From Escherichia phage ZCEC5: a stretch of DNA of 43,372 bases. Made by a program: the position numbers and the translations under genes. Below the pieces are notes generated by a model. That model was not told the DNA's origin, searched no databases, and saw only the letters and a list, made by a program, of their open reading frames with translations. Positions 26,614 to 35,945 of this stretch are shown piece by piece. The stretch's first letter is position 1. Each line of letters starts with the position of its first letter. The stretch lies in sequence record NC_073321.1; one strand, written 5' to 3'.

Positions 26614-28034
26614 TTCTTACCTCGTCTCTTCATGTAATTGAGCAATTCTTCCTGTACCGATTTCTTCTCGTCTGTACGCGCGGCAACAACCTCGTCCAGC
26701 GTGTCTTTAGCAACAATGTGATAGAGGAACACTGGGCGCTCATGCCCCGCCTGTTTCTGGCGGACCGGGCCTATACGCTCAACAACCTGCAAATAGTGCT
26801 CAAGGTTCCATCCTTGCGAGATGAACGCCAGATGATGTCCGCCGTCCTGTAAATTCAAACCATGCCCGGCTGACGCAGGGTGCACGCATAAGATTTCGAT
26901 TTCGCCACGGTTCCACGCTTCCATCTGCTTATTACCCTTAGCACCTTTTGCAAACGCCTGTGCCTGCGGGAATCGCTTAAGGATACGCTCCAGTTCGTGC
27001 TTGAACTGATAAGCCACCAGCAACGGCGCTCCCTGTAACTCCTCGACAATGGACTCCAGCGCATCCAGTTTCGTATCGTGCACTTTCTCCCAGTCTTTCG
27101 TTGCTTCGCCATCAGGCCCCGACACATACACGGCACCGGAGGCAATCTGCAAACACTTTGACGTCTTCGCCGCGGCGTTAGCAGCTTCAACTTCTCCGCT
27201 CTCCAGTTCTGCGAATAGCTTCTCCTCCATATCTATGTACGCCTGGCGCGCTTTCTTCGGCAGGTCGATCTCAACCGGTACAATAATCGGCGCTTCGCAA
27301 CCGAACCACTCGGCAGCGTCAATCGTGAGACTAATGTCCTTCATCTTCTGGTGAATCTCGTTATCTGCTCCCGGGCGCGCATGATACTCACGGGCCATCG
27401 CCGACTTACCTTTCTGTACCGAGTTAAACCATCGGTCGGTGAATGCTGTGTATGAGGACCCCAGGCGCTCGCCCGCGTCGATAAACCAGTTCTGCCCCCA
27501 CAAATCCTTGAGGCCGTTTGGCGATGGCGTACCAGTAAGGTTTATCAACCTCTTAACATTTCTGAATGCTACTTTACTAAGCGCCTTAGCCCGCTTGCTC
27601 CCCCCGGAACGGCTACGGAATGATTTCAATTTCGTGCTTTCATCATTAACTATCACGGTAAAAGGCCAGTCGTCTACGCCGTAATAGTCGATAAGCCACT
27701 CTATTACCTCGTAGTTGATGCAAATCACATTGGCGTCTGACTCCAGCGCAGCTATGCGGCGCTTCTCTGAACCGGTGGCATCTACGACACTCAGGCATGG
27801 GAAATTCCACTTAGTTTGTTCTGCGGGCCACGTACCGGACGCAACACGTAAAGGAGCCAGAATTAACACGCGGTCGTCATCATTAAGTTGCCCATTACGG
27901 AACAGCCGGTTTAACGCCCACAAGACGCTGCCTGTTTTTCCTGCGCCCATGCTCGCCCAAATATTACAGCGCGGATGTTGCAACATGAACGAAGTCATGA
28001 GCTTCTGGTACTCGCGCCTTTGAAACTTACTCAT
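26610..28034 (-). CDS. SNF2-family (DExx-box) helicase
   Basis: Walker A SMGAGKTG near N-terminus, DESTK motif II, C-terminal helicase domain. Confidence 0.75.
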   Translation of the reverse strand: MSKFQRREYQKLMTSFMLQHPRCNIWASMGAGKTGSVLWALNRLFRNGQLNDDDRVLILAPLRVASGTWPAEQTKWNFPCLSVVDATGSEKRRIAALESDANVICINYEVIEWLIDYYGVDDWPFTVIVNDESTKLKSFRSRSGGSKRAKALSKVAFRNVKRLINLTGTPSPNGLKDLWGQNWFIDAGERLGSSYTAFTDRWFNSVQKGKSAMAREYHARPGADNEIHQKMKDISLTIDAAEWFGCEAPIIVPVEIDLPKKARQAYIDMEEKLFAELESGEVEAANAAAKTSKCLQIASGAVYVSGPDGEATKDWEKVHDTKLDALESIVEELQGAPLLVAYQFKHELERILKRFPQAQAFAKGAKGNKQMEAWNRGEIEILCVHPASAGHGLNLQDGGHHLAFISQGWNLEHYLQVVERIGPVRQKQAGHERPVFLYHIVAKDTLDEVVAARTDEKKSVQEELLNYMKRRGKK

Positions 28035-28062
28035 TTACCACCCCCATGAATGCCTTTATAAA

Positions 28063-28950
28063 TTAAGCGGCTACTTGCGGGACGATGGCATTGCCATAAC
28101 CGCGCAATCGTCCCACTCTGGCGGGTATCCCATTAGCCAGCGGGAATGTGCCGGGTTCAACTGGCCGGAATTTTCCATCCCGGCAGCCGAGCCAGTCAGC
28201 ATCTGACCAGAAGCCGTTATGCGTATTGGCTCCACGAGGTAGCATTGATTGTGAAGATTGTTCGGGTCTCTTTTTGTTTCCGCCTCGCTGTAACTTCCGT
28301 GACGCGAATTCTGAACCGTCGGTGTCCCCCATGCCGCTTTCAGCCCCTGTTCCGTTGAGTAGTCCAGTCTGTCGAATGTTCTGTCCTTCCCATCCTTGCG
28401 AATCACTGTCTCCCCGCTCCCTTTGTAATCGTTCGCTGTCGGTGTCGGCCAATTCGTGCGCACCAAAGAAGAGTCGTTCTCTTTTGTGCGGAGCGCCGAC
28501 GCTACAAGCTGGGAGTACGGCAAACCCGACGGCGTAGTCTTCTCCTTCCAGGTGAGCTTGTAAATCGCACATCCACGATTTTGCAATTGCTGGTGCAACC
28601 TGTTCCCCAAAGAGGACTGGAGGGCGGCACTCGCTGATGAGGTCGAGGAAAACTGGCGCAAGGTGTCTCGGGTCGAACTGTCCGAGTTGTTTTCCTGCCG
28701 CGCTAAACGGTTGGCAAGGCGGGCTTCCCGTCCAGAGAGGCGTATCTTCCGAAACTCCCGCAAGTCTGAGCGCGAGAGGCCAGCCGCCGATACCAGCGAA
28801 AAAATGACACTGGGTGAACCCGTCGAGGTCTTCTGGCTTAACTTCGGTAATGCTTCTTTCATCTACAACTCCAAAAGGTATGTGGCCCTGTTTTATTAAT
28901 TCACGCAGCCACGCGGCTGCGCCTTTATCCCATTCGTTGTAATAGTTCAT
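28063..28950 (-). CDS. DNA (cytosine-5)-methyltransferase, orphan
   Basis: Motif I FAGIGG, motif IV SPPCQPFS, ENV-like GEQV, HKRER, C-terminal GNAIVPQVA; no adjacent restriction enzyme. Confidence 0.8.
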   Translation of the reverse strand: MNYYNEWDKGAAAWLRELIKQGHIPFGVVDERSITEVKPEDLDGFTQCHFFAGIGGWPLALRLAGVSEDTPLWTGSPPCQPFSAAGKQLGQFDPRHLAPVFLDLISECRPPVLFGEQVAPAIAKSWMCDLQAHLEGEDYAVGFAVLPACSVGAPHKRERLFFGAHELADTDSERLQRERGDSDSQGWEGQNIRQTGLLNGTGAESGMGDTDGSEFASRKLQRGGNKKRPEQSSQSMLPRGANTHNGFWSDADWLGCRDGKFRPVEPGTFPLANGIPARVGRLRGYGNAIVPQVAA

Positions 28951-29138
28951 TTCGCCACCAGAACTAACTCTTTACGCCCGAACGCCGTAACGTTACCCGT
29001 TACATCTTCGATAACCAGTTTACCGTTCGACTCGACGAACACTGTATCAACGGCAACAGGACGACGGGTCTTAACGTTGAAAATCATATCGCCTGGTACG
29101 ATGTCACGTGCTGGTTTGCGGTCATATTCGTGTTTCAT
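28947..29138 (-). CDS. Hypothetical protein (63 aa)
   Basis: First gene downstream of class A promoter 29171-29199. Confidence 0.5.
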   Translation of the reverse strand: MKHEYDRKPARDIVPGDMIFNVKTRRPVAVDTVFVESNGKLVIEDVTGNVTAFGRKELVLVAK

Positions 29139-29149
29139 TTCTCAATTCC

Positions 29150-29455
29150 TTATATTGTTGGTGTATGACTACTATAATAGTTCGCTATTAGGTCGTCAAC
29201 CTGTTTAAACGAACCAACGACAAAAACATTCGCGCCGCGTTTACGCATACGCTCGTGCTCACGTAACTGGTGCGGGTCTGGCTTCGTGTTTTCGTCTTTC
29301 TTAACCTCGACGAACCAGACGATGCCGCCGGGGAGAATTACCAGCAGGTCAGGAGCGCCCACTCTATTTTCGTACGACAATTTGCGTACAAGGCCCCCCA
29401 TGGCCTCAAATCGCTCTTTTGCGTATTTCTGAACAACTCCTTCTTTAGTTGCCAT
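29150..29455 (-). CDS. VRR-NUC domain nuclease
   Basis: GAPDLLV...VEVKK...Q...G..VFVV signature of the VRR-NUC PD-(D/E)xK fold; ATG 29455 chosen to avoid overlap with HNH gene. Confidence 0.7.
   Translation of the reverse strand: MATKEGVVQKYAKERFEAMGGLVRKLSYENRVGAPDLLVILPGGIVWFVEVKKDENTKPDPHQLREHERMRKRGANVFVVGSFKQVDDLIANYYSSHTPTI
29171..29199 (-). promoter_or_regulatory. Class A promoter TTGACG-17-TATAGT with palindrome AATAGCGAACTATT in spacer
   Basis: Same architecture as promoters at 33083-33111 and 35913-35941. Confidence 0.5.
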
Positions 29456-29477
29456 GGTTATGGAAATCTCCGTGTAG

Positions 29478-29936
29478 CTATTCTCTCGCCGCGCAGACCA
29501 CTTTGTACGCTTCCTCCTTTGTCGAAAAAGCACCGAGATATATGCGCTTCCCGTTCACGGTTATCCTTGCCCTAAATTTACCTCTTTCAGGCGATACCCC
29601 CTTTAAACATGAGGTGTTGTCGCGCCTTACCCTTGCGTTTCTGGTATTCTCCCACCTGGTCGCTAACCGCAGGTTGCAAATCCGATTATCCGCACGGTCG
29701 CCGTTTATATGGTCAACCTCCTCCGGCGGCATATCACCGTACACCCACCACCAAGCCAATCGGTGTGCCGGATAGTGGACGTTTCTGAACACAACTTTCA
29801 TATATCCAAGGTCAGTGTAGTTATTTATAACTTTCCCCGGAACAGACCGCGGGCCACTTCGCTTAACCCATTTGAATACCCCAGTATCAGGGTCGTACGA
29901 CAGAAAATCTTTTATATCGCCACTTGGTGCTTTCAT
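29478..29936 (-). CDS. HNH homing endonuclease with AP2-like DNA-binding domain
   Basis: DHINGDRADNRICNLR HNH motif; C-terminal AP2-like segment; N-terminal YDPDTGVFKW shared with two paralogs. Confidence 0.7.
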   Translation of the reverse strand: MKAPSGDIKDFLSYDPDTGVFKWVKRSGPRSVPGKVINNYTDLGYMKVVFRNVHYPAHRLAWWWVYGDMPPEEVDHINGDRADNRICNLRLATRWENTRNARVRRDNTSCLKGVSPERGKFRARITVNGKRIYLGAFSTKEEAYKVVCAARE

Positions 29937-30018
29937 AATACACACCCCTCACGTTTCGTGTGTTCAATCCCGCAGCGCGGACAGATTCGACAATCTTCTT
30001 CATAAAACCAGTAAATTT

Positions 30019-30150
30019 TCATTCCATCACCCACAGATAAATTGCGATGAACATACCAAATACGGCAACCATCATGCCGTATTGTCCCTCGTGACAGTAG
30101 ACACCGGCGGCGAATCCCGCCAGTAACGCGATAATCAGTTTACTTAGCAT
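30019..30150 (-). CDS. Hypothetical hydrophobic peptide (43 aa)
   Basis: Start overlaps polymerase 3' end; single long hydrophobic stretch. Confidence 0.3.
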   Translation of the reverse strand: MLSKLIIALLAGFAAGVYCHEGQYGMMVAVFGMFIAIYLWVME

Positions 30151-32338
30151 AGCGCTTCATCTCCGCACCTTCTGCTACAAGAGGGAACCCCTCGGCCCAC
30201 TCCGGCAATGCGCACATTAATTTTTCCAGTTCAGCCACCGTGTAGTCAGGCGTATCTGGAGTTTCACATACCAGTTCATCGTGTACCGAAAGTACGATGG
30301 GATACCCGCCACCCTCAACATTAATCATTGCATATGCGAGTAAATCACGGCACAGCGCCTGAACAATGTTTTCGCAGGCTTTGCCGCCGTGGGTGTACAG
30401 GGTAGTCCATTGGCGGGTTAACTGGTTTTCACCCTGATACTTGATTCGCACATTCGTGTTTACTCGTCCGTCTTCGTCTGTTTCCTTTGTCACACTAACG
30501 CCGATTCCCGGATACGAAAGGATACGACCTGACGGCAACTCCATACACAACCACCAACCCGGAACCTTCCTACCGGATGAATCAAATTCTACTGTTCTCC
30601 AGATTCGGATAGCGCGCTCACCATTCTTGCGCAGATGCGCCCCCGCCCAAAATTCACGACCAGGATTACGAACAGCGGCTAAAATTCCGTCTTTAAGGTC
30701 GCGCCAGAACGCTACTGTTTCCGGGTGTGACTCGCGCCACATACGCTTGATTGCGTCACATGTGCGCCACACTTTCTTGTCCAGAATATACGATGGTCTG
30801 TCGTCCTTTTCACCTGGATGCGGTGGGCGCTTGGCTTCCTGGATACGAGCCCACTCATAACCCCGTGCGGTAGCGGCCCATATGTGGTCGGGGAATGTAC
30901 CGTCCATTGTTTTTGCCATCTCAATAAGGTCAAGACCTAAGTTTTTAGCGAACGTAACGAACGCCCCGACGCCTCCCTCATAACCGAGGCCCAGTTCGCA
31001 TGCTTTGCCTATCTGTCTGATTTCCTTAAAGTTTTTCTTAATATCATCAGGGTCCATGCCGAACATCTTACCCGCGGTTACGCAGTAAATATCCAACCCG
31101 GCACGGAACGTATCGAGCGCGGTTTCTTCACCAGCCAGCCACGCAAGCCCCCGGCCTTCAACGTTAGAGTAATCGGCAACAACAAACTTATGTCCGGCTT
31201 CCGGTATTATGCAGCTACGGACCGTCGATGCCGTCAGCTTGGCTACATCAAAACGGCGATGCGCGCGGCCTTTAAGTAACGCAGAAATTCCTTTATCCAG
31301 TTCGTCATCGTGATAGTACCCGCGCGCCAGGTTCTGCGGCTGGAAGCCTTTACCCGCCCATCGCAGAGTACGTTTTGCCCCGCCGTACTGCAAGCAACCG
31401 CGGCGGCGGTCGTCAGAAGAGCGACCTAATAGCAGCGGGTTATATTTCGTGGACGCGGTGGACGCAGCCCCGAGGCGCATCTCAACAATATCCCTTGCGT
31501 CTTCTGGTAAATCCTCGTCCGACAGCAGGTCGAACAACGTCGCCTTTTGCGCGTTATGTATGCGGTGGGCGGGGGCGAGTTCCTGCAATGCGGGCAGGAA
31601 GTCTTTTCCAGTTAATGAGCAACCGAATTTACGTTGCGACTCCTCCTGCAACCCCTCCTTATGCCGTGTTATGGCTTCGATGGCGGCTTCTGCCAGTGCG
31701 ACGTCAACCTTAAACCCGCGGTCGTTGATTAACTGGTCAAGTACCAGTACACGGTCTTCGAACTCCGAGTTTCCCCACCGCGGCATTTTTTGGAACACTT
31801 CGCGCATAGAAGTGATATCGCTAATCGCATACTTTATGAAAAGCGCCCACTCTTCTGGGTGTGTTTCTGACGTATATCGGCGTATTTTGTAGTTCTTCGG
31901 GGTTGGCTTAGTGAATCTTTTAATTAATGCTTTGCCACGTTTGTCCTTGGCGTTCTCCGCGGATACTTCTAGAACTTCACACAAAACAGCCAATTTCCCC
32001 GGCAGCGCGTGGCGGAAAGCGCAGGTCATTGTGTCAATAACACTGTCTACAGGTATATCGTAACCCCAGCAGTTACGGATAACCAAGCGGTCGAACATAT
32101 TGAAGTTATGGCCCACAATTTTAATATCACCCCGCATTGCTTTACGTAGGCCAACTTTCAGGTCCCGCGGCATGTCGCTGCCGTCTGTGCAGTCCCAACA
32201 CCGAACATCACCATCGTCGAATGCGTAGGTGCATATAAGAATTTCTGTCGATGGGTGTTCGGCGTAGGCGTAACTACCGACAACCGTTATGTCTAAATCA
32301 CAAAAAGTTTCAGTATCTAGGTAAAGTAATTCGCTCAT
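30140..32338 (-). CDS. DNA polymerase, family A, with 3'-5' exonuclease domain
   Basis: Exo motif YLDTETF; motif A DYSNVEGR, motif B KxxxLGxGYG, motif C VHDE. Confidence 0.9.
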   Translation of the reverse strand: MSELLYLDTETFCDLDITVVGSYAYAEHPSTEILICTYAFDDGDVRCWDCTDGSDMPRDLKVGLRKAMRGDIKIVGHNFNMFDRLVIRNCWGYDIPVDSVIDTMTCAFRHALPGKLAVLCEVLEVSAENAKDKRGKALIKRFTKPTPKNYKIRRYTSETHPEEWALFIKYAISDITSMREVFQKMPRWGNSEFEDRVLVLDQLINDRGFKVDVALAEAAIEAITRHKEGLQEESQRKFGCSLTGKDFLPALQELAPAHRIHNAQKATLFDLLSDEDLPEDARDIVEMRLGAASTASTKYNPLLLGRSSDDRRRGCLQYGGAKRTLRWAGKGFQPQNLARGYYHDDELDKGISALLKGRAHRRFDVAKLTASTVRSCIIPEAGHKFVVADYSNVEGRGLAWLAGEETALDTFRAGLDIYCVTAGKMFGMDPDDIKKNFKEIRQIGKACELGLGYEGGVGAFVTFAKNLGLDLIEMAKTMDGTFPDHIWAATARGYEWARIQEAKRPPHPGEKDDRPSYILDKKVWRTCDAIKRMWRESHPETVAFWRDLKDGILAAVRNPGREFWAGAHLRKNGERAIRIWRTVEFDSSGRKVPGWWLCMELPSGRILSYPGIGVSVTKETDEDGRVNTNVRIKYQGENQLTRQWTTLYTHGGKACENIVQALCRDLLAYAMINVEGGGYPIVLSVHDELVCETPDTPDYTVAELEKLMCALPEWAEGFPLVAEGAEMKRYAK

Positions 32339-32350
32339 TATTTTTGACCC

Positions 32351-32378
32351 TTAGTAAAAAGGCCCAATGAAGGGCCTT
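32351..32378 (-). terminator. Intrinsic terminator between DUF2815 gene and polymerase (possibly partial)
   Basis: AAGGCCC-loop-GGGCCTT followed by T4 on the minus strand. Confidence 0.45.
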
Positions 32379-32397
32379 AGTTAAATTGATTCAGATA

Positions 32398-33024
32398 TTA
32401 ACGGCGGCGACGTTCGCGGCGTGGTGCTTCGTCTTCTTCGTTGTCTTCAAGGTCATCGACGCTCGCAGCAACTTTAGAACCCCCGAACGCTTTACCTTCA
32501 CCAACGTATTTAATCGCCAGCAGGTTAACACCGAGGACTTTATATTTCTGGCTAAACCAGATTTCGACGCTTACGTTAGCTACGCAGCCGCTGTAAACCT
32601 GTTCGCCTTCGATCTGTTCACCGTCTACATTGAAGTCCTGTTCTACCTGAGTCTCACCTTTTTTAGAGGTTACAATCAGTGGCTGTTTCTGCGCTTTCGC
32701 TTTGAAGTAGAAGCCTTCCGGGAAGTCTTCAAACGGATTGTCGCGCTCGGCAATGTCTTTAATCGCGCATTTATCCATGTGCTTACCTTCGCCGTAGTTG
32801 GACTTCATCCACTTCTCGGCGGCGGCTGCGCCTAACGCTTCTTCAATTACAGCGTAAACGGTGTCATAGAGCGCATCGATTTGAGCATGGTCAGACGGCA
32901 GGATAATAGTAGCGCTGTACTGACCTTTAGTGATTGAGCCATCGTCGTTTTCACGGTCTTTTTCGCGTTCGAATACGTTAACCCAGGCAGTGTTTACTTT
33001 ACGCAGATTTAATTTCAGTCCCAT
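32398..33024 (-). CDS. DUF2815-like protein (putative phage ssDNA-binding protein)
   Basis: Highly acidic/basic C-terminal tail, position between DUF2800 nuclease and polymerase as in PolA-type phage replication modules. Confidence 0.55.
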   Translation of the reverse strand: MGLKLNLRKVNTAWVNVFEREKDRENDDGSITKGQYSATIILPSDHAQIDALYDTVYAVIEEALGAAAAEKWMKSNYGEGKHMDKCAIKDIAERDNPFEDFPEGFYFKAKAQKQPLIVTSKKGETQVEQDFNVDGEQIEGEQVYSGCVANVSVEIWFSQKYKVLGVNLLAIKYVGEGKAFGGSKVAASVDDLEDNEEDEAPRRERRRR

Positions 33025-33082
33025 TTGATTTCTCGCTTTTCAGTTTCAGTTTACTCCGGGATCTGCCCGGCCAGTGATTAGA

Positions 33083-33111
33083 ACTATAATAGCTAACTAT
33101 TCATGTGTCAA
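33083..33111 (-). promoter_or_regulatory. Class A promoter TTGACA-17-TATAGT with palindrome AATAGTTAGCTATT
   Basis: Consensus -35, 17-bp spacer carrying the palindrome. Confidence 0.55.
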
Positions 33112-33300
33112 ATAAAATTTTGCAATAGGGATTATGTTCTCGAAATTAAGCATATTGGCCGGTTCGAACTCATCCTCTACAGGGTCGTATCGCATCATGG
33201 TACCGTTCAAGAACGTGAACGATTCCGAGTGTAGATACCCATCCCAGCGCCATACCATCAAAAAATCTTTATCAGTCGGCATTTCATTTACTTGAATCAT
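33097..33300 (-). CDS. Hypothetical protein (67 aa)
   Basis: ATG 33300 overlaps DUF2800 stop (ATGA) and is preceded by GAGGAGGA. Confidence 0.45.
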   Translation of the reverse strand: MIQVNEMPTDKDFLMVWRWDGYLHSESFTFLNGTMMRYDPVEDEFEPANMLNFENIIPIAKFYLTHE

Positions 33301-34538
33301 TCTAAATCCTCCTCTGTAACTTGATTCCACTCAGGACGTGTGTCATCCGCCGTTGCGACGCATGGCGCACCGGGCTTACGGGTAATGAAGTCTTTCAGTT
33401 CTTCTTCCGGTACAATTTTAACCGCTTCGGTCGGTGTCATAAGAACTACCTTTTGCAGCATAGTACCGTACTTCTCGAATACTGCGTCGGTATCTTTCCA
33501 CGCACGATTACCGGGGCGACCTTCAACCAGTTTGTATCCTGGCACTTTCTTACCTGAATGCAAAGCAGCAGCCATCGCTTTCTCAACCTTGTCGATGTGC
33601 TGGCGCAACAACGGCAGCTTCTCATACTCAGCGACGAGTTGCTCTGGCGTAAGTTCCAGCGCACAGTCGTCCTCAAGTTCTTCCGCCAGTACCGCGTTAA
33701 CGGTTTTTGTACGAGCTGCGCACTGTTCCGAGAAACGACACCACTGACAACCATCTACCGACGGCTTGAAGTCCGACGCTTTAAGGTTCTTCTTGCCGCG
33801 GTTATAGGCATCAAGTGCTAACAGTGCACGTTTCTGTGCGAACTTAGCGAACAGTTCCAGACCTTCAACCGAGATGTCCCACTCCGACGCGCCACCAGCG
33901 TACGGCTGAAAGATGACCAGACGAACGGTTGTTATGTTATAACGTCTCTTGAGTCGGCGATAAACACCGAGAGCGTAAAGCATAAGCTGCTTGTTTTCTT
34001 TCGCTTCGACACGATGTCGTCCTGTTTTCAGGTCGCCAATAATGAGCATGTACTCGTCGGTGTTAGCCAGTTCCTGAACGGCAACAAGGTCGGCGGTTCC
34101 GAAGGTTTCAACGCCTTCGTAACCTGGGTGCAATACCTCAGTAAGGTTAACGCGCATCTCGAGCTTGGCGTAAGTAGCTACATCGATAATCGGTTTGCAG
34201 TAGTCTGTGTACTTGCGCACCTGCTCAATCATATCCGCCGTAATCAGTACCGCGCCTTTCATCGGGCTGATTAGCGCCTTAATCTGACCTTTACCCTCAT
34301 CCAGCACGTAAGCGCCGACTTCACGCTCTAACGGCAACGCAGTGCCTTTTATATACTGGTTTAGATGGACCTCAGCTATAGTGTGACATGCGGTTCCTGT
34401 AACTGCGGATTTACCAGACGTGTTAGGAATATCTTTTTCACAGGCCAGTGATGCAGCGCATGACAGCCACTTTTTAGCCCCGGACGGCGACAGTAAAGCG
34501 TGTACGTCGTTATTGCCACCGCGTTCTTTTAGAATCAT
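33297..34538 (-). CDS. DUF2800-like PD-(D/E)xK nuclease with C-terminal Cys cluster (Cas4/RecB-like)
   Basis: N-terminal LLSPSGAKKWLSC, catalytic-type GDLKTG, C-terminal CQWCRFSEQC. Confidence 0.7.
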   Translation of the reverse strand: MILKERGGNNDVHALLSPSGAKKWLSCAASLACEKDIPNTSGKSAVTGTACHTIAEVHLNQYIKGTALPLEREVGAYVLDEGKGQIKALISPMKGAVLITADMIEQVRKYTDYCKPIIDVATYAKLEMRVNLTEVLHPGYEGVETFGTADLVAVQELANTDEYMLIIGDLKTGRHRVEAKENKQLMLYALGVYRRLKRRYNITTVRLVIFQPYAGGASEWDISVEGLELFAKFAQKRALLALDAYNRGKKNLKASDFKPSVDGCQWCRFSEQCAARTKTVNAVLAEELEDDCALELTPEQLVAEYEKLPLLRQHIDKVEKAMAAALHSGKKVPGYKLVEGRPGNRAWKDTDAVFEKYGTMLQKVVLMTPTEAVKIVPEEELKDFITRKPGAPCVATADDTRPEWNQVTEEDLE

Positions 34539-35032
34539 TTCTCGTCTCCGTTAACTGTAAAGCCGTATTTAATTTCGGCTTGCCTACGAGCCTTAGCTGC
34601 GTTCTCTAATTTATCGTAAGCCCCTAAATAAATCGGCGTACCGTCTACATAAATTCTTGCAACCCACTTACCGCAGCGTTTATGAAACCCAACACCTTTA
34701 ACCCCTGAAGTATTGTCAGCCCGTACGCTGGTGCCGTGTGCGATGCTACCTCGACGCATTTTTATAAGATTTTCTATCCTGTTATCAGTTCTATCTTTAT
34801 TTTCGTGACGAATTACTTCCCCCGGCGCTATCGGCCCGTTAAACATCTCCCAAACAACGTGGTGGATAAGTTTAGTAGCACCGTTAAAACGCAGTATTTT
34901 AAATTCACTCCCATCGTTATCCACCCTCGTACTGCCGGCTTCCTGTCCTATTTTTACAGATTTTGACGGGCTTATTTTCCAAAACAATTTACCTGTATCA
35001 CGGTCGTAGTCAAAAACTTCACGCCAATTCAT
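34535..35032 (-). CDS. HNH-AP2 homing endonuclease paralog (degenerate HNH motif)
   Basis: N-terminal FDYDRDTGKLFWK; HNH region reads IRHENKDRTDNRIENL; C-terminal AP2-like YLGAYDKLENAAKARR; ATG 35032 overlaps upstream stop. Confidence 0.6.
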   Translation of the reverse strand: MNWREVFDYDRDTGKLFWKISPSKSVKIGQEAGSTRVDNDGSEFKILRFNGATKLIHHVVWEMFNGPIAPGEVIRHENKDRTDNRIENLIKMRRGSIAHGTSVRADNTSGVKGVGFHKRCGKWVARIYVDGTPIYLGAYDKLENAAKARRQAEIKYGFTVNGDEK

Positions 35033-35301
35033 GCCAAAGTCTCCCACTGGTCAATTAAATGTCGTGTCTGGTGATGGCAATGCATGGCCCACCCGTACAT
35101 CGACTCGAAGACATAAAAGTCAGGTTTGGCGAAAGTCGTGCGCTTAATCTGCGACACGTGACGGCCTATATCTTTAGGCCGTGGTACTTTGCCTAAGTAC
35201 GCCATCTCTTCCATCTGGTGCGCACCGGACGGCGCACGCAACAGCCACAACGCCTCTGTGTTATCCCGCCTGTCAACGGCGCGGTAGAGTTGGTAAACCA
35301 T
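35029..35301 (-). CDS. Hypothetical protein (90 aa)
   Basis: RBS GAGGG; His-rich segment HCHHQTRH. Confidence 0.45.
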   Translation of the reverse strand: MVYQLYRAVDRRDNTEALWLLRAPSGAHQMEEMAYLGKVPRPKDIGRHVSQIKRTTFAKPDFYVFESMYGWAMHCHHQTRHLIDQWETLA

Positions 35302-35344
35302 AATTCCGACCCTCAGTTAAAGCGGCCCTAAGGCCGCGAGATAG

Positions 35345-35881
35345 TTATTCTTCTTCGAAATACTTGTTCTTGATTGCCGTCAGGCGTTCCAGGTATTTGG
35401 CCAGGTCTTCGTCTTTAATCGCGGCAATCTTCATTTTCTTACCGGTGAACTCTTCCAGCAGTTCATCGGAGTCATCGCACGCGGCATCGCTCGGACCTTC
35501 GTTAATCGCATCGTCGATAGCCTGAATCTGATCGCGAAGAGACTTATAATCAACCTCTTCTTTCTCTTCTTCCGGCTCTGGCGTAGGTTCCTCTACTTTA
35601 GCTTTACGCGGCTTGCGTTTCGGCTTCTCTTCTTCTGTCGGTTTAGTGTCAACGACGTCTTCACCTTCGACCGGGATTTCTTTCTCTATCGCCTTTCTCA
35701 CCGCGAGTCCCGCTTGAAATTCGTCCTCCATGATGTCATCAAGTTCTTTTGTTGCTTCTTTTGCAACAGTAGTCTCGATTGTTGCGGTTTCAGAAACGAC
35801 AACCTGTTTTGCACTATTCGCGGCAATCAGTTCATGTGCAACTACGAAACGTTCCAGTAATTTTAAGAATTGGTCTAACAT
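35345..35881 (-). CDS. Highly acidic early protein (178 aa)
   Basis: First gene after class A promoter 35913-35941; very rich in E/D; RBS GAGGAG. Confidence 0.6.
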   Translation of the reverse strand: MLDQFLKLLERFVVAHELIAANSAKQVVVSETATIETTVAKEATKELDDIMEDEFQAGLAVRKAIEKEIPVEGEDVVDTKPTEEEKPKRKPRKAKVEEPTPEPEEEKEEVDYKSLRDQIQAIDDAINEGPSDAACDDSDELLEEFTGKKMKIAAIKDEDLAKYLERLTAIKNKYFEEE

Positions 35882-35912
35882 TTGTTTCTCTCCTCTCGTT
35901 TGGTATGGGCTA

Positions 35913-35941
35913 ACTATAATAGCGAACTATTCACGTGTCAA
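35913..35941 (-). promoter_or_regulatory. Class A promoter TTGACA-17-TATAGT with palindrome AATAGCGAACTATT
   Basis: Divergent from the Cro-like gene promoter. Confidence 0.55.
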
Positions 35942-35945
35942 TGGG

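Noticed and set aside
28071-28862. 263-aa ORF in an alternate minus-strand frame
   Set aside because: Overlaps the methyltransferase gene, whose frame carries all the conserved motifs; the alternate frame is Ser/Arg-rich low-complexity.
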